From positions 12,028,001 through 12,092,000 of the forward strand of contig OU015566.1 in the NCBI GenBank assembly GCA_907165135.1: a stretch of 64,000 nucleotides of DNA, read 5' to 3'. Each line of letters starts with the position of its first letter. The first letter of the stretch is position 1. The notes beneath the pieces were generated by a model that did not search any database, was not told the origin of the DNA, and saw only the letters and a list, made by a program, of their open reading frames with translations. This document shows positions 37,901-50,108 of the stretch, in pieces. Both the position numbers and the translations under genes were made by a program. This DNA comes from Oikopleura dioica. Taxonomy: Eukaryota > Animalia > Chordata.

Positions 37901-39939
37901 AACGTTAACGTCAACAGCTTCTTACCAGGTAACTCTCAAAGAACGTTCAGGGACTGGTGATGATGATGAAGAATCAACGACTTCAAAATCAACTGAAACA
38001 ACTACAACAGGATCCGGTCTGATTGACCCGCGACGAGGCAATTTTACAAGGCGACCTGAGGTTGACGATGACGATGATGATGGTGATGCTAAGCCAAAGA
38101 AAGAGAAGGAAACTGAAAAGGAGGAAACTGAGAAGAAAGAACCAACACAAACAACCCCAGATTCTTCAACAGATGAGTACGAAGAAACGACGACAACTTT
38201 TGCATTCACAACAACTCAAGGAACCACTGTTTCCGAAATTCAAACAGAAATTTATGCGACTGGAACTGTCCCACTAACAGTTGATGTTGATATTTTGACG
38301 ACTGTCAACGTTGACATCATTTCAACCACAGCACAAACTACTGAGGAACCAGATGAAACTGGAAAACCTTTGTTTCCTGGATTGATCGATCAAAGAGGTG
38401 GAGGACAGGAATTGCCAATGCCAGAAAAGCCATGCAAAGGAAGAAAATGCAAGAATAAAACGCGTCCAACCAAAAAGCCACGAAAAACTCGCCCAACAAA
38501 AGCCCCGAAAACAACAAAGTCCCCTGCACCAACAGAAAAGACAGATCCAATTCTGATCCCAACGCAAACTCCCGAAGTAGTAGTTGTTGAAGACGATATC
38601 GTCCCATGCAATGATGGAGAGAAGTTCAAGGACCATAAGTGCGTAAATAGCAGCTACGATATGCCATGGAGATCTCAGGCGGAGGGCAAGGGTTTATTCT
38701 TTGCGAAGATGTTCTTGTACCCAGATGCTGAATACGATGAGCCGTTTGTTCATCCACCTGTTCTGGCTAGCAACGAAACCGTGTTCATTGGTGTTCAACT
38801 TATGGGAGGGCCTCCAGCGACAACCCTCTCAGTAAAAAGGTACGTGAGCAAATTTTCGAAATTTGACATGATCGGGTTGACCCTCTTGATTATTTATCGA
38901 GATCAGTAGTTTGAGGTGAGGCGCTGAAGTTAGACACTGACAAAGTTAGATCACGTGTTATACGAGCTTATGAAGGGGTTTAGCGTATGGCAGTAATACG
39001 GCCCGCTGCTCAGAAGCGTAGCGAATTCTAATAAGAAAATAAACCTGACGCGAGTTTTGCACCTTTTCTCGTTTACTCAGCCAGACGACGAGACTAGTAT
39101 CGGTTTCGTCCCCCTGATTTTTTAAGACCTTTGGGTTAATTGAGTTTAATAGTTGCTGGGCGTCCAACATGTATCACTCTCCGCTAGAACTATCTTCAAC
39201 GAAGAAAGCTGATGAAATTACGTTGGACCTGATCAAAAACAGCTGCGCGTCGCCGTATCCGGAGGGATTGGTGTCAATAATTACCAACGGCGAGGACAAC
39301 ATTGCCAAGTTTACGGTAAATACGAGCGGCTCCTTCCTAGCCAATTATGATTCGTCCAAATGTATGTTCTCTTAATAACTTGTAACTCGTAGAGTGGTGT
39401 TTTCAAATTCGTTGACTACGACACTGCATATTTATATTGCCGCATACGAATTTGTCCTACTGGCCCTTGTCCAACAGATTGCTCCTCGTCTGAACGTGAA
39501 AGGCGAGATTCTGATGAGCCCGTTTTCGAGGCGCTTGTTCAAAGCTCCGATCCCTACAAAATCGATTCCGGGCCATTGCTGGGCGCAACGATTTACCGAG
39601 AACCGAACAGAGAGTCGGAAGTGGAAGTCGTTGAAATAGAAGTTCTCGATGGGAAACCGGAGGCGGAAATAGAAGATCGATTCGCATTCGGAAACATTTT
39701 ACGCGACGCTACTCTAAAACAAGGAACGGCTTTCAAATGCATAGAAGTTCAATTTGAAAAATAATCGGATTTAAAAATTTTCAATCCAGGCTAGAATTTG
39801 CTTATCTAAATTTCACAGGGTCGCTTAGAAAGCCACCAAAGCAATTCTCATCGGCGCCCTCGGATTCGCTATTTTCATCCTTTTGGTGCTTTCGATTCTC
39901 GTTATTCGCCGACAAAACCAAATCAAATCTATCAACTGA
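34972..39939 (+). CDS. ZP-domain transmembrane protein: signal peptide, ZP-N, Thr-rich mucin linker, ZP-C, furin site, TM helix
   Basis: Hand-spliced MKMIISKLCLLLCSAAHA; SCENEK|ITLEAPL..LTDPAC..|THLSGCGND..VNQI..|LTSRVGCLF (ZP-N); ORF 37809-38909 Thr/Glu-rich; CWASN..LIKNSC..FKFVDYDTAYLYCRIRIC..CPTDC..RERR (ZP-C); TM AILIGALGFAIFILLVLSILVI. Confidence 0.8.
36757..37337. mobile_element. Non-autonomous foldback/MITE, hAT-like, with an inner second inverted-repeat block; intronic in the ZP gene
   Basis: Outer TIR TAGATGAAAATGACTTCTGCGGGGCAAAAT vs TACATGAAAATCACTTTTGCGGTGCAAAAT (26/30); 8-bp TSD GCAAGAGA/TCAAGAGA (7/8); inner ~110-bp arms 36913-37190. Confidence 0.85.
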
Positions 39940-40302
39940 AGATTCTCCCGCTACAATTGCTGCTAAAAAATAACTGTACATATTTCTACCTTTCGAAAAT
40001 AACGATCCGATTTCTTGTGACTGTACAAATTGCTTTCTAAAGATCTACACATTGTTGCCAACAAGAGCGTGCTTCTTTGAGAATTTCAAATTTGTGTGTT
40101 TTGAAGGCATACGTTATTTTGTTATTCACGTTTTTGCTGCTTTCAGCTGAACAAGGGACAGAAATTCAAGAGCGAAACTGCGAGAAATATGAGTGCCTGC
40201 CCCCTTTTTACTGTATAATTATGTTTCCAAAAGAACTCGCAAAATCTGCAGCTGAGAATTGATTCTCAAGACTTTTTTTGATCGCCAAACTTTCAATATT
40301 TT

Positions 40303-41395
40303 TTATTCGTTTTCGAAAATCTTGTGCAGTTTGTGACCAACGCGTAGTGGCAGTGACATCGTTCTATCAGCATAAAATGATGATTTGAGTTTTATGTTTT
40401 CAATCACATCGGTCAGAAGAATCGCGCGCTCGGTATTACAGCCCTGGCCGAAGTACGTTGATGTGATGTGAACATGTAGGTGGTAGTGGCTGGGCGGATA
40501 GTGGAAATACATTCGGAGCTGTTTTTCCTAAATAAAAGGGCTCATTAGCTGCTGCTTCCTCTTGCGAAATCAATTACCGGGACGCCGTATTTTGCCGAGA
40601 CTTCTTTCGAGCTTTTGTTAAAAATATTCTCGAGTAATTCCAAATGATCGGCGTTCAAGTGCCGTACAGTTGGTAAATCTCTCCTGTTGATCAAGACGCA
40701 CAAATTGAGTTGCTTCATGTCCTTGCCATCCCATTTCAAATCCGGGACGATGAGGAAACCAGTCTTTGGATCAGGATCTTCTACGACGATTCTATCCACT
40801 TCATTGCACTTTTCTCGGTTCTTATCTATAGAAAGTGGAATCAACGAAGACAATGTGAGTTCCTACCGAGAATATTGTAAACCCACTGAAGAGAGTGAAG
40901 TTGCGAACTAATGAAGGGTCGATGGAGACGCTCGAACATGTCTTTCGTCTCCATCCAAATCTCAGTCGGAGCAGATCGAGCTTTCGCAATATGGAGCTCA
41001 GTGGCTGGATAGGTCATTGAGTATCGCACCGGCTGGTACTTCGAGTCCATTGTCCCATCTAGCGCAAACTGATGAGCAGAACGATTTTTTTTCAGATATT
41101 ACCGTAAGTATGATACCGGTCGTTTTTGAGATCAAGGTCAAGGTCGCATTCGGATAACATTTCTTGGCAAACATTGGCCTGTGAGGGTCTAATCGCAGAA
41201 CAGTTCATTATCTTGACAGAAAGAAAGCTTGAGACATTCCTGAAAAGGCTTCTTTCTCAACAAGATAACCGCTTTTTCGTCGTTGTCATCCTTCGCCAAG
41301 ATGGTTATTGATGGATTTTCGGGGTTATCATTGAGTACTTCTTCGAACTTCAGGAAGTCTAGACTTTTGTACTTGCCGGATTCCTTCAGACTCAT
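40303..41395 (-). CDS. DCPS: m7GpppX scavenger decapping enzyme
   Basis: TLICPATELHI, LHSLQWVYNIL, VVEDPDPKTGFLIVPDLKWDG, HIT motif YFHYPPSHYHLHVH, ERAILLTDVIENI. Confidence 0.95.
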
Positions 41396-41901
41396 TCTGA
41401 AAGAAAAATGAAAAATTACTGACGTTGGTACAGTCATTTTCAAATGATGCACGATGAAAGACGCGGTGATAGCATTCTTATCAATGAATCGCTCCGCGAG
41501 CTTTTGAAGGATCAAAAAGGAGTGATGCTGGGAAACATTTGAATCACAGGTTTTCGGTTTTTTTCTAGAAGGCAAGATTCGTAAGCTTCTTGGTTGGTTT
41601 TTCTCGACGTAATTCGTGATTGGTCAATTCCGAATAACGCGGATTTCATTATTGGCCACTCATTTTTAAAACGGGCTTCCGTTTTCGAACTCAGAGAGGC
41701 ACCAAAATTTAAAGGAGACCCTCCGCAATTTTTTTCGAAGCGAAAAGTTTGAGACGAAAATTTGGCGGCGAGAGACAGCGGCGCGCCGAAGAGTTGAAAT
41801 TTAACAGTTCATTTATTGAGAGCGCTGAATTGATGTGAGTTCAAAGGCAGAGATTTTGAAAGCGAACAAAATATATTTCAGAAATCAAAGAAGAGGCAAG
41901 C

Positions 41902-42224
41902 ATGAGCGGAAATTCACCCTTCTACTCTGACAAGTACGATGATGGAAAATACGAATACCGACACGTCCACATCCCCAAAGAGTGGGTCAGGTAAGTTCCA
42001 AAGCTAAATCAAGTTCCGAGACTAAACTTTTTTTAGAATGATTCCGAAGGGACGATGCATGACTGAAGATGAGTGGCGCGATCTTGGAGTTCAACAGAGC
42101 ATGGTAAATATTTTTTAACCAGCAAAGAGGGTTTAAATTTAAATTTCAGGGCTGGGTCCACTACATGGTCCACGAGCCCGAACCCCACGTGCTCCTTTTC
42201 CGCCGACCTTTGCCAAGCAAATAA
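41902..42224 (+). CDS. CKS1B: Cyclin-dependent kinase regulatory subunit (CKS1/2)
   Basis: Spliced [76 protein letters not shown]; CKS1 vs CKS2 not distinguishable. Confidence 0.93.
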
Positions 42225-43092
42225 ACTACTGGTATTCTTTTGCACTTCGCAAGCATCATCCTCGCCATCATCACCAATAAAAATCAAATTAATTGAAATC
42301 TTGAATCTTTCTGAATTCTTGCAGCTCCGAGATCGTTTTGAATAAAATAACTAAGATATTCATTTCCGTGTTCATATAGATTCAGAACAGAGAAGCCGCT
42401 CGCGGCTTCAAGAAATCTGAGCCGCGTTTTGCGCGGCTTTCACTTCATTCCACCAGAAACCACTAGCGGGTTTTTAGTTTTCTACTGAATACCGTAGAAT
42501 GCCGCATTTTGGAAAGAGTGAATACAAATATCAGCTTTTACACAGTTATAATAAAAATAATTGTAAATGAGAGGCCCAAAATTACAACGAAGATGAAGAC
42601 AGATGCTTTTCTCTACATCTTCGTTATAAATCGGGTCTTCAAGGATTTCTGTGGGGTAACTTTTGATTTATCAGGAATTGTAAATTTCCAGTTGAAAATT
42701 GAAAGAAAATCGAGCAGTCTTGCCGTGGGAAAATCGTAGCCCGATGAATCATCGTTTCAACCTCCGCAATGAGTCACTTCGAATGACCGAGGCGCTGCCT
42801 TCTCCAGTATCAACACAAAGGATCGACTTCCTCGACTCTTCTTTGGTGGATCATCCCTTTTTTCCTACAAATTTTGTTTTTTGAAAGAGTTGTTTTTCCT
42901 GTGAAGCGAGATTTTGGAAAGTTGGAGAATCGGAAAGGAGATTTTTTTGGAAGAGAAAAAAGGGGATGATTCTCGAAGATTTTTCTCGTTTTGAAGCTTC
43001 GTTTTTTTTGTTGTTAAATTCGCCGAGAAAATTTTTGTAGACGTTAATTTTGATTTTTGTTGAATTTAGCATGATTTCGTAAAAAGTCAGAA

Positions 43093-46000
43093 ATGAAATC
43101 TGACGAGGACGAGTTGACGGAAGATGAGCTCGAGCAGAGTGCAGATTGGGACTCGCGAAATTTCGGCGACGAGGAATTTCTCCCCAATGGTGGCAGATTC
43201 CAGGTTAATCACAATTCTTTCATGACTTTCATCTCGAGCCTTCGCAGCTTGAAGCTTCGCTTATTTTGTCGAGTCGATTGGATTAATTCTAGTTCATTAA
43301 TTTCAAACTCGTGCTGATAATTTAGCAGACAATTATTTATGATGCCAATAACCGCAAATGCCCAGAAAAAGTACCCTTTTGGACGCTGTTTTTGGACTCA
43401 AAAATAGACTCCTGTTTACGTTACAATAATTCTTATTTCTTATCGAATAAAATATTTATAGAATAATTGAATGTTTCTTTAGCTCTTGCAAAAGATCATC
43501 CGCAACTATCAGAAGAAGATCACTGATAGTCCGCGGCCGGATCCAGAATGGCTTCTCAGACTCGGCCACTTTCATCTCCTCGGTCTGCAGTGGCACTTGG
43601 CCCTGTCAGCCTACTCAAAATGTCTCAAATTGTCCAAATGGGAGGATCATCAGTTCTCCGTCATTAGGGATCAAAGGTTAGCTCCTCATTTTCAAAATGA
43701 CCTTGGACAAAGCAACTGTAATTACCCTTCTCTTCAGTCGTTTCGTCGTGAGGCCGAACAAGGGCGCAAAAAGTGGACGAGTTATGCTGTTATACGGACT
43801 CGGTCTTTGCTACTTTCACTTCTCGAATTTCGCTTGGGCGAAAAACGCGTTCCTGGAAGTTCTTTACCGCGAGCCAGAGTTTCACTGCGCGCAAGAAGTT
43901 CATGCTCGACTGGGAATTTCGTTGAAATACATGAAACTCTACAACTGGGCTTTCAAAGTAGACCTCAGTGTTGAAAACTCCCATGTAACCTTTGTTTAGC
44001 ATCTACAATGGGCCCTATCCGTCGCGAATCGAAGCCCAGATAGATGTCCAATGTCCGTGGCTGAAATCAAGTTTCATCTCGGCCACACTGAAGAATTAAG
44101 AATGAACTTCCACTCGGCAAAAAGTTATTATGAATCTGTAATCGACGACGATTCCAAGTCGAAATCTGTCGAAGCTGCGGCAAATTCGACACTTGGTTGG
44201 ATGCTCTTTCGCACCAAAGAGCTAGGAGAAAAGGTCAGTTCGTCATCCCTCATTTAAAGTTGATATTCCGACTTGCTGACATTCCTTTTCTAGTCACAAA
44301 GAATCCAGGCTGCAATAAAGCTTCTTCAACGAGCAACCCAGCTCGATGACAATTCCGGTCAAACTTGGTATTATCTTGGACGATGCTACTCAGCCGCTAG
44401 CGATGTAAACTCGGCTTTTAACAACTACAGAAAATCGATTGATAAGTCCGAAGCCTGTGCTGATACTTGGTGCTCCATCGGAGTTCTGTACCAGGAACAG
44501 ACACAACATACTGACGCGCTACAGGTGATTTGCTGCCGAAATTCTTCGATTAAAAATTGTAGGCATTTATCTGCGCTGTTCAACTCGATCCGACCCATGT
44601 TGAAGCATGGATGGATCTTGGAGTCCTGTACGAGTCGAAGAGACAATTCAAAGACGCATTCAAGTGCTTTCATCGTGCTTATTCTTGCTCTGTACGACGC
44701 GGAGCACCGAGAGAAGAGCTTTTTCATAAAGCGAAATCACTTCAAGGTATTTTTAAACCAATAAACCAGCGTAAACGAATGATCATCAAGATATGGAATC
44801 GAATTCTGTTGGACCCCAGACTGGCCTGACTTCCATCGAAAAAGCGTGGACCATGCCTATCCCAGCAGAGCTAACCCAGAGACAAGCTGCCCGATGCGCC
44901 CCACCCCGAAACTTCAATGAAACGCCATCTGAGGAGAAGCCAAAGACCGAAGCTGATAGTAAGAAACAAGTCAAATCAGAACCCGTCGACCAAAATGCAA
45001 CGCCCATGGATTACTCATCATCAACAACTCCCGAGAAAACATCATCATCAACGAAAACTGCGCCTACCAAGCCATCTTCAGCCAAAACTGACAAACAATC
45101 GAGTTCTTCCAATAATAGCGGGCCGAATTGGCTCATGAACGAGATGGAGTCAAACGTCCTGAGAACACTTCAAAATAATTCAAACGCGCTTACGCCCTTC
45201 CAAAAAGCCGAGCTCGAGAGGCTTCGCTATTTACAAAAATGTACAGAATACTTCAAAAAACATGTAAAAACAACCGAAAGCAATGTTCCAACAAATGACT
45301 TGTTCCAACAGACGAACGAGCAAACAAAACCTGCGAAAGAAACCGACTACGCCAAGGAGCTCTCCGTCGTTAAGGGGAGAAGGGTTCCGGGACTTTCTGC
45401 GCCCACTGAGTTCAGCCATTCGATCACTGCCAATGAATTGATCAAGTAAGAAACTCACCTTCGATTTATTTTAAAACGATCATTTAGTGTTTGTCGAAAA
45501 CTTCGCCACAACTTAGAAAAGGATACTAAACTTGAAATCGAAAATCGTTCTCCCCCCTTCTTCCCACTCAACCCGAAGCCCGTTGATATCAATCCGGAAG
45601 CACCCCTGATCCAAGTTGACACGAAAAAAGAAGCCAACTCTAAAGTCCTTAGACAGTTTTTTTTTTAAGGGGGCCCGGAGAACTTTTTGAAAAAAAGAAT
45701 CTTCCCATGATCGTAGAGGGATGAATGAGGGCTTGACTGAAAGAGCAGCCCGAGTTCTGTTTAAAAAAAATTCAGCGAAGATTTTGATAGAGTAGTTTCG
45801 CTGTAAATGCCTGTTGAAAATGCACTAAATAACAATAGATTTGGAAATGCGGCGCGCTGATTGGCTGAGGCGCTGCTATTGTTGAAAAATGGGCGCCGTG
45901 GCGGCGCGCAAGGACCGACTCGCTGACAGAAAACCGGCTGATACAGCACTCCTGCTGATCCAATTTTTTCGTCGAATTTTTTTTAAACAGTTCGATAAAT

Positions 46001-47659
46001 GGGCTTTCAGATGAGCCTTTATTTATCTCCGTACGATGTCGGGAAGTACCTTTTTTTTAAAAAGTTCTCCGGGCCCCCTTAAAAAAAAAACTGTCTTAGT
46101 GATATTTGCACATCGTCAAAAGTGCCTGTCGTTTTAATACGTGGGATTGCGGCGGCCTTGAAAATGGATTTGGGCTTTTTCTCAACGAAAATGTTGAGTA
46201 CGCATCATAGTCAACAAAAAATTATTCAACGGTAAGACGCATTGGCCCTCGATTCACAATCTTATTTCTTGTTTAGCGAGCAGAGTAAAGTACCCGGAGA
46301 GAAATGGTCCCTCAACGAAAAAGTCACTACCTCCACAATAAAAGAATATGGCATCTATCAAGGAAAAAATTTCCGCGAAGCATTGACCGACGATTCAAAA
46401 CGCTCAGACAAGAAGAAATCCAAAAACGTTCGTCCGCGCGCGCCCGTGCGCATGGCCGAAGTCAATGACCTAACAGTTCCTGAACAAAACTATCGAGAGC
46501 ACCTGACCGAGCTACACAAGCTGCCGCCTTTCATGCGAATCTGTAGCGCGCAAAACATTCTGACGTATTGCGGCCAGCAACACACAAAAGCCCAGTTGCT
46601 CCTTACCGTGCCTACGTGTCGAGTTCCGCCGCGGCATTCCGTCTTTGCCAAAGTGTCGTTAAATGTTGGACCAGGAGATTATGAGTGGTTTATAGGTGAG
46701 AGAAAATCGCCGGATGTCGTCGATGTTTTTATAACACTTGCTTATTTAGTGCCCGAATGGTGGCATGTTGAATTCCGCGAATTGCTGTGTCAGCAAGGCA
46801 AGACATTTTCCGACAGCTGGTGGCCGGATCTCGAAGCTTGCGCTAAACATTCCATACCTATTTATAGATTTATACAGGTTTGCTTTCAAAACAATTGCCG
46901 GGGAGCTTCAATTCAACTTCCATTTTCAGAAACCTGGAGATTTAGTTTGGGTCCAATCAGGGTCAATTTATTGGGCTCAGTCTCTCGGATGGTGTAATAA
47001 TATTATGGTAGGAATCGTCTTGATTTCGGTTATTTAAAGATCTCTTCAGTACAACGTTGGTCCACTCACTGCCTACCAGTACCAGATAGCAATCCAAATA
47101 TATGAAAAGTCCCTGATGAACTCAAGTTTACCTTCATGTAAGCATTTCAGAACTTACCCGATTTCTCATGAACCGTTTTAGGCCCTATGTTCCACATAAC
47201 CTGGAGTCTGGCCCGACTGGTTCGCGTTTCAGACTTCAGGATGTACTCACAAATCAAGGTAAATCTCTCGTCTACTGTCGCTCACGCTAATCTTGTCTAT
47301 TAGTTTTTCCTACAACGCTCACTCTGGGCACTTTCGTCACAAGAAGAATTTTTGAAAAATCTCAAAATCGATGTAGTTCCACATAGAAGTAGTAAAGTTG
47401 CCTTTTGCTTTGACTGTCGTCGCGAATTATTTCTATTCATTTGGGTTCATCGGAAGTCGGATACTGACTCGAATCAGAGACAAGCTTTTTGCCAGGTAAA
47501 ATAGCCGGATAAAGCCGAAATCTAATTGCTTTCAAGACTTGTGCCTTGCGTAGCGATCGGGAAGAAGGAAACTGGTGCGTTTTGCGCCAGGCCAGTCTTG
47601 ACGAGCTCCATTCAACTTTCAACAAATTCAACTTTCACAAAACCCCACAAAAAATATAG
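43093..47659 (+). CDS. KDM6A: KDM6/UTX-like protein (TPR repeats, JmjC, Zn domain), predicted catalytically inactive
   Basis: TPRs ([45 protein letters not shown]), [73 protein letters not shown]...FCQTC. Confidence 0.9.
45652..46095. mobile_element. PIF/Harbinger-type MITE (444 bp) inserted in a KDM6-like coding exon
   Basis: 37-bp perfect TIR (GACAG-T10-AAGGGGGCCCGGAGAACTTTTT) decaying over ~130 bp; 3-bp TSD TTA (45649-45651 / 46096-46098); removal restores ...NSKVLSDICT... Confidence 0.92.
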
Positions 47660-47803
47660 CTTTATTCTGTTCAATCAAATTATTAAATTCCAGAAAGCTC
47701 CACAAAATATGAATTCATCACTTCATTCGATCTCGATTATTATTTGTTGATTTTTATTTACAGCTGCAAAGAGGAGAGCAGGTAGTGAGCAGATTCAAAA
47801 GAT

Positions 47804-49713
47804 TTAGACGTCGAACTTGATACCTTGGGCGAGCTCGACCTTTCCGGAGTAGTTGACGCAGGAGGTAGCTCGTCGCATGTACTGCTTCCACGAGTCGGAT
47901 CCGGCCTCTCGGCCCCATCCAGTAGACTTGAATTAACATTTATCACCATGATCAGCGGTAAATCTTACCTTGTTTCCACCGAAAGCTCCGCCGATTTCAG
48001 CACCGTTGGTTGGAGCATTAATATTGGCAATACCACAGTCAGATCCGTTCGGTCCGGTGAACCAGTACTGAGTTTTGATGTCGTTGGTAAAGATTGCGCT
48101 CGAAAGACCCTGCTCGACTTCGTTGTTCCATTCCATAGCCTGCTCAAGAGTGTCGTACTTGAGAAGATAGACGATCGGGCAGAAAGCCTCTTCTTGAACC
48201 AACTCATGGTCGTGTGGGAGACCAGTAACAATGGTTGGCTCCACAAAGAAGCCTGGTCGATCCATGACCTGAGTATTAAGTAAAAAATGAAAGGAAAACA
48301 TTGATAAAAACCTTTCCACCGCACTCGATCTTTCCGCCAGCTTCCTTGATTTTCTCAACAGTTCGAACGTAGAGATCAACTCCGGCCTGGTTGTGCATGG
48401 GACCGTACAAAGTCTGGGCGTCTTAAACATGTTACAATGAATTTAGTCAAATATCGATAGCTTACCCAAGGGATCACCGATCTTAGTGAGAAGCTTGGCA
48501 GCGCCATTCTTCATTCGCTCAAGAATTTCATCATAGATGGTTCCTGGAAGCATAAGTCGTCGAAGAGTAGTGCATCGCTGTCCCTGAGTGCCGAAAGCAG
48601 CGAATACAACGCTCTTGATGACGGAATCAGTATCAGTGTAGTCAGGAGCAACGATCAAGGCATTGTTGCCGCCGAGTTCGAGGATGCTCTTGCCAAATCG
48701 TCGCTGAACCTCAACACCGACTTCTCGTCCAACAGCGGTCGAACCAGTGAAAGAGACGAGAGGAACTCGCTTATCGGAAGCAATAAGCTTGCCGATGTCA
48801 GCACCACCAGATACGAAGGAGCAGACAGCTGGGTTGTAGCCGTTTCGCTCAAGAACCTTGGCGCAGATGTTCTGTACAGCGATGGAAGTCAAGGTAGAGG
48901 TTGGTGGTGGCTTCCACAACATGGTGTTTCCGGTGTACATGGCTTGTATTGGATCAGTTTTAGTTCTATGCTCAGTTCGAAACAAGGGTGTGGAAGCATG
49001 AAAGGCTTATCACCTCCCACTTTGATACGTCTATTAATGATCCCTTCCGATGGCGGCATTCCAGCCGTAGACTGCGATGGGGAAGTTGAAAGCGGTAATA
49101 ACAGCGCACACGCCAAGTGGATTCCAAATTTCTTCGAGCTGATGATTAGCTCGCTCAGATGGAATCTTGGCACCATGGGCCTGTCGAGACATGGAGGTGG
49201 CGAACTCGCAGATGTGGATGTACTCGAGAATTTCACCCTATAAAAAGATTTACCAAGAACATATTCAATTTTTCTAATACCTTTGATTCTACGTAAGTCT
49301 TGCCAACTTCAAGAGATTCGAGTTTGCTCAGAAGGTCGAGGTTAGCAACAAGCTCTCGGCCGATTTCATTGACGACGTCACCTCGAGCAGGCATGGAGAC
49401 ATTTCGCCATTCTTTCTGAGCAGCGACTGCAGCTTGGACAGCGGAATCGTACTGCTCTGGAGTAGCAGATCGAACGTTAGCGATAGGCTCGCCAGTGAAG
49501 GGACTCAATGGGGTGAACTGCTCGCCTTTTCCAGCGTGCCATTTTCCATCAAAAACACCGTCTGTATCGGGGTGGATACCGAGCTCCTTGAGCCAAGCAT
49601 TTTCTGGCTAATAAATTCTATTCGAACAGTGAAAAATAAGGAAGACTTACCTTGGCAGCAAGGAGGGCAGCTCGATTGGTGTTAGATAACGAACGGGAGG
49701 CAGCCTTCAGCAT
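47804..49713 (-). CDS. ALDH7A1: Alpha-aminoadipic semialdehyde dehydrogenase (antiquitin)
   Basis: Presequence [87 protein letters not shown]. Confidence 0.97.
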
Positions 49714-50108
49714 CTCGGAAAGTCAAAGGAAACGAAGTGAGGAAATGAAAAAACAACAAATAAGAATTCAACCGTGTTCTGGAAAATATATATTTCAGAG
49801 GCGTGAAATGACACGTAATGTCAAGGATAGGAGGTCACGGAAATTTGGCCTCTCTAGGATTAGCGCGAGCCCTGAAAATAGACTGAAGGGGAGTTTCCCA
49901 GGAAAATCAAGAATAAGCACAGAATTTCCCAATTATCGAGAAATTTCTGTGGATTGTTTGAAGTATTGAAATTATTTTATTTCATTACTAAAGAAGCTTA
50001 ACTTTGCGTTTTCGCAGGAATGATTTTGATTGGATTGAGTTGAACTTGATTATTAAAGAATAAGGAACAGCATTTTATGGGTAAGAAATCTTGTTGTACA
50101 TCTTCATC

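Noticed and set aside
37922-38636. Several antisense ORFs over the mucin exon
   Set aside because: Shadow frames of a low-complexity coding exon.
45761-45963. Short ORFs inside the Harbinger MITE
   Set aside because: No transposase or Myb-like motifs; chance frames in a GC-rich core.
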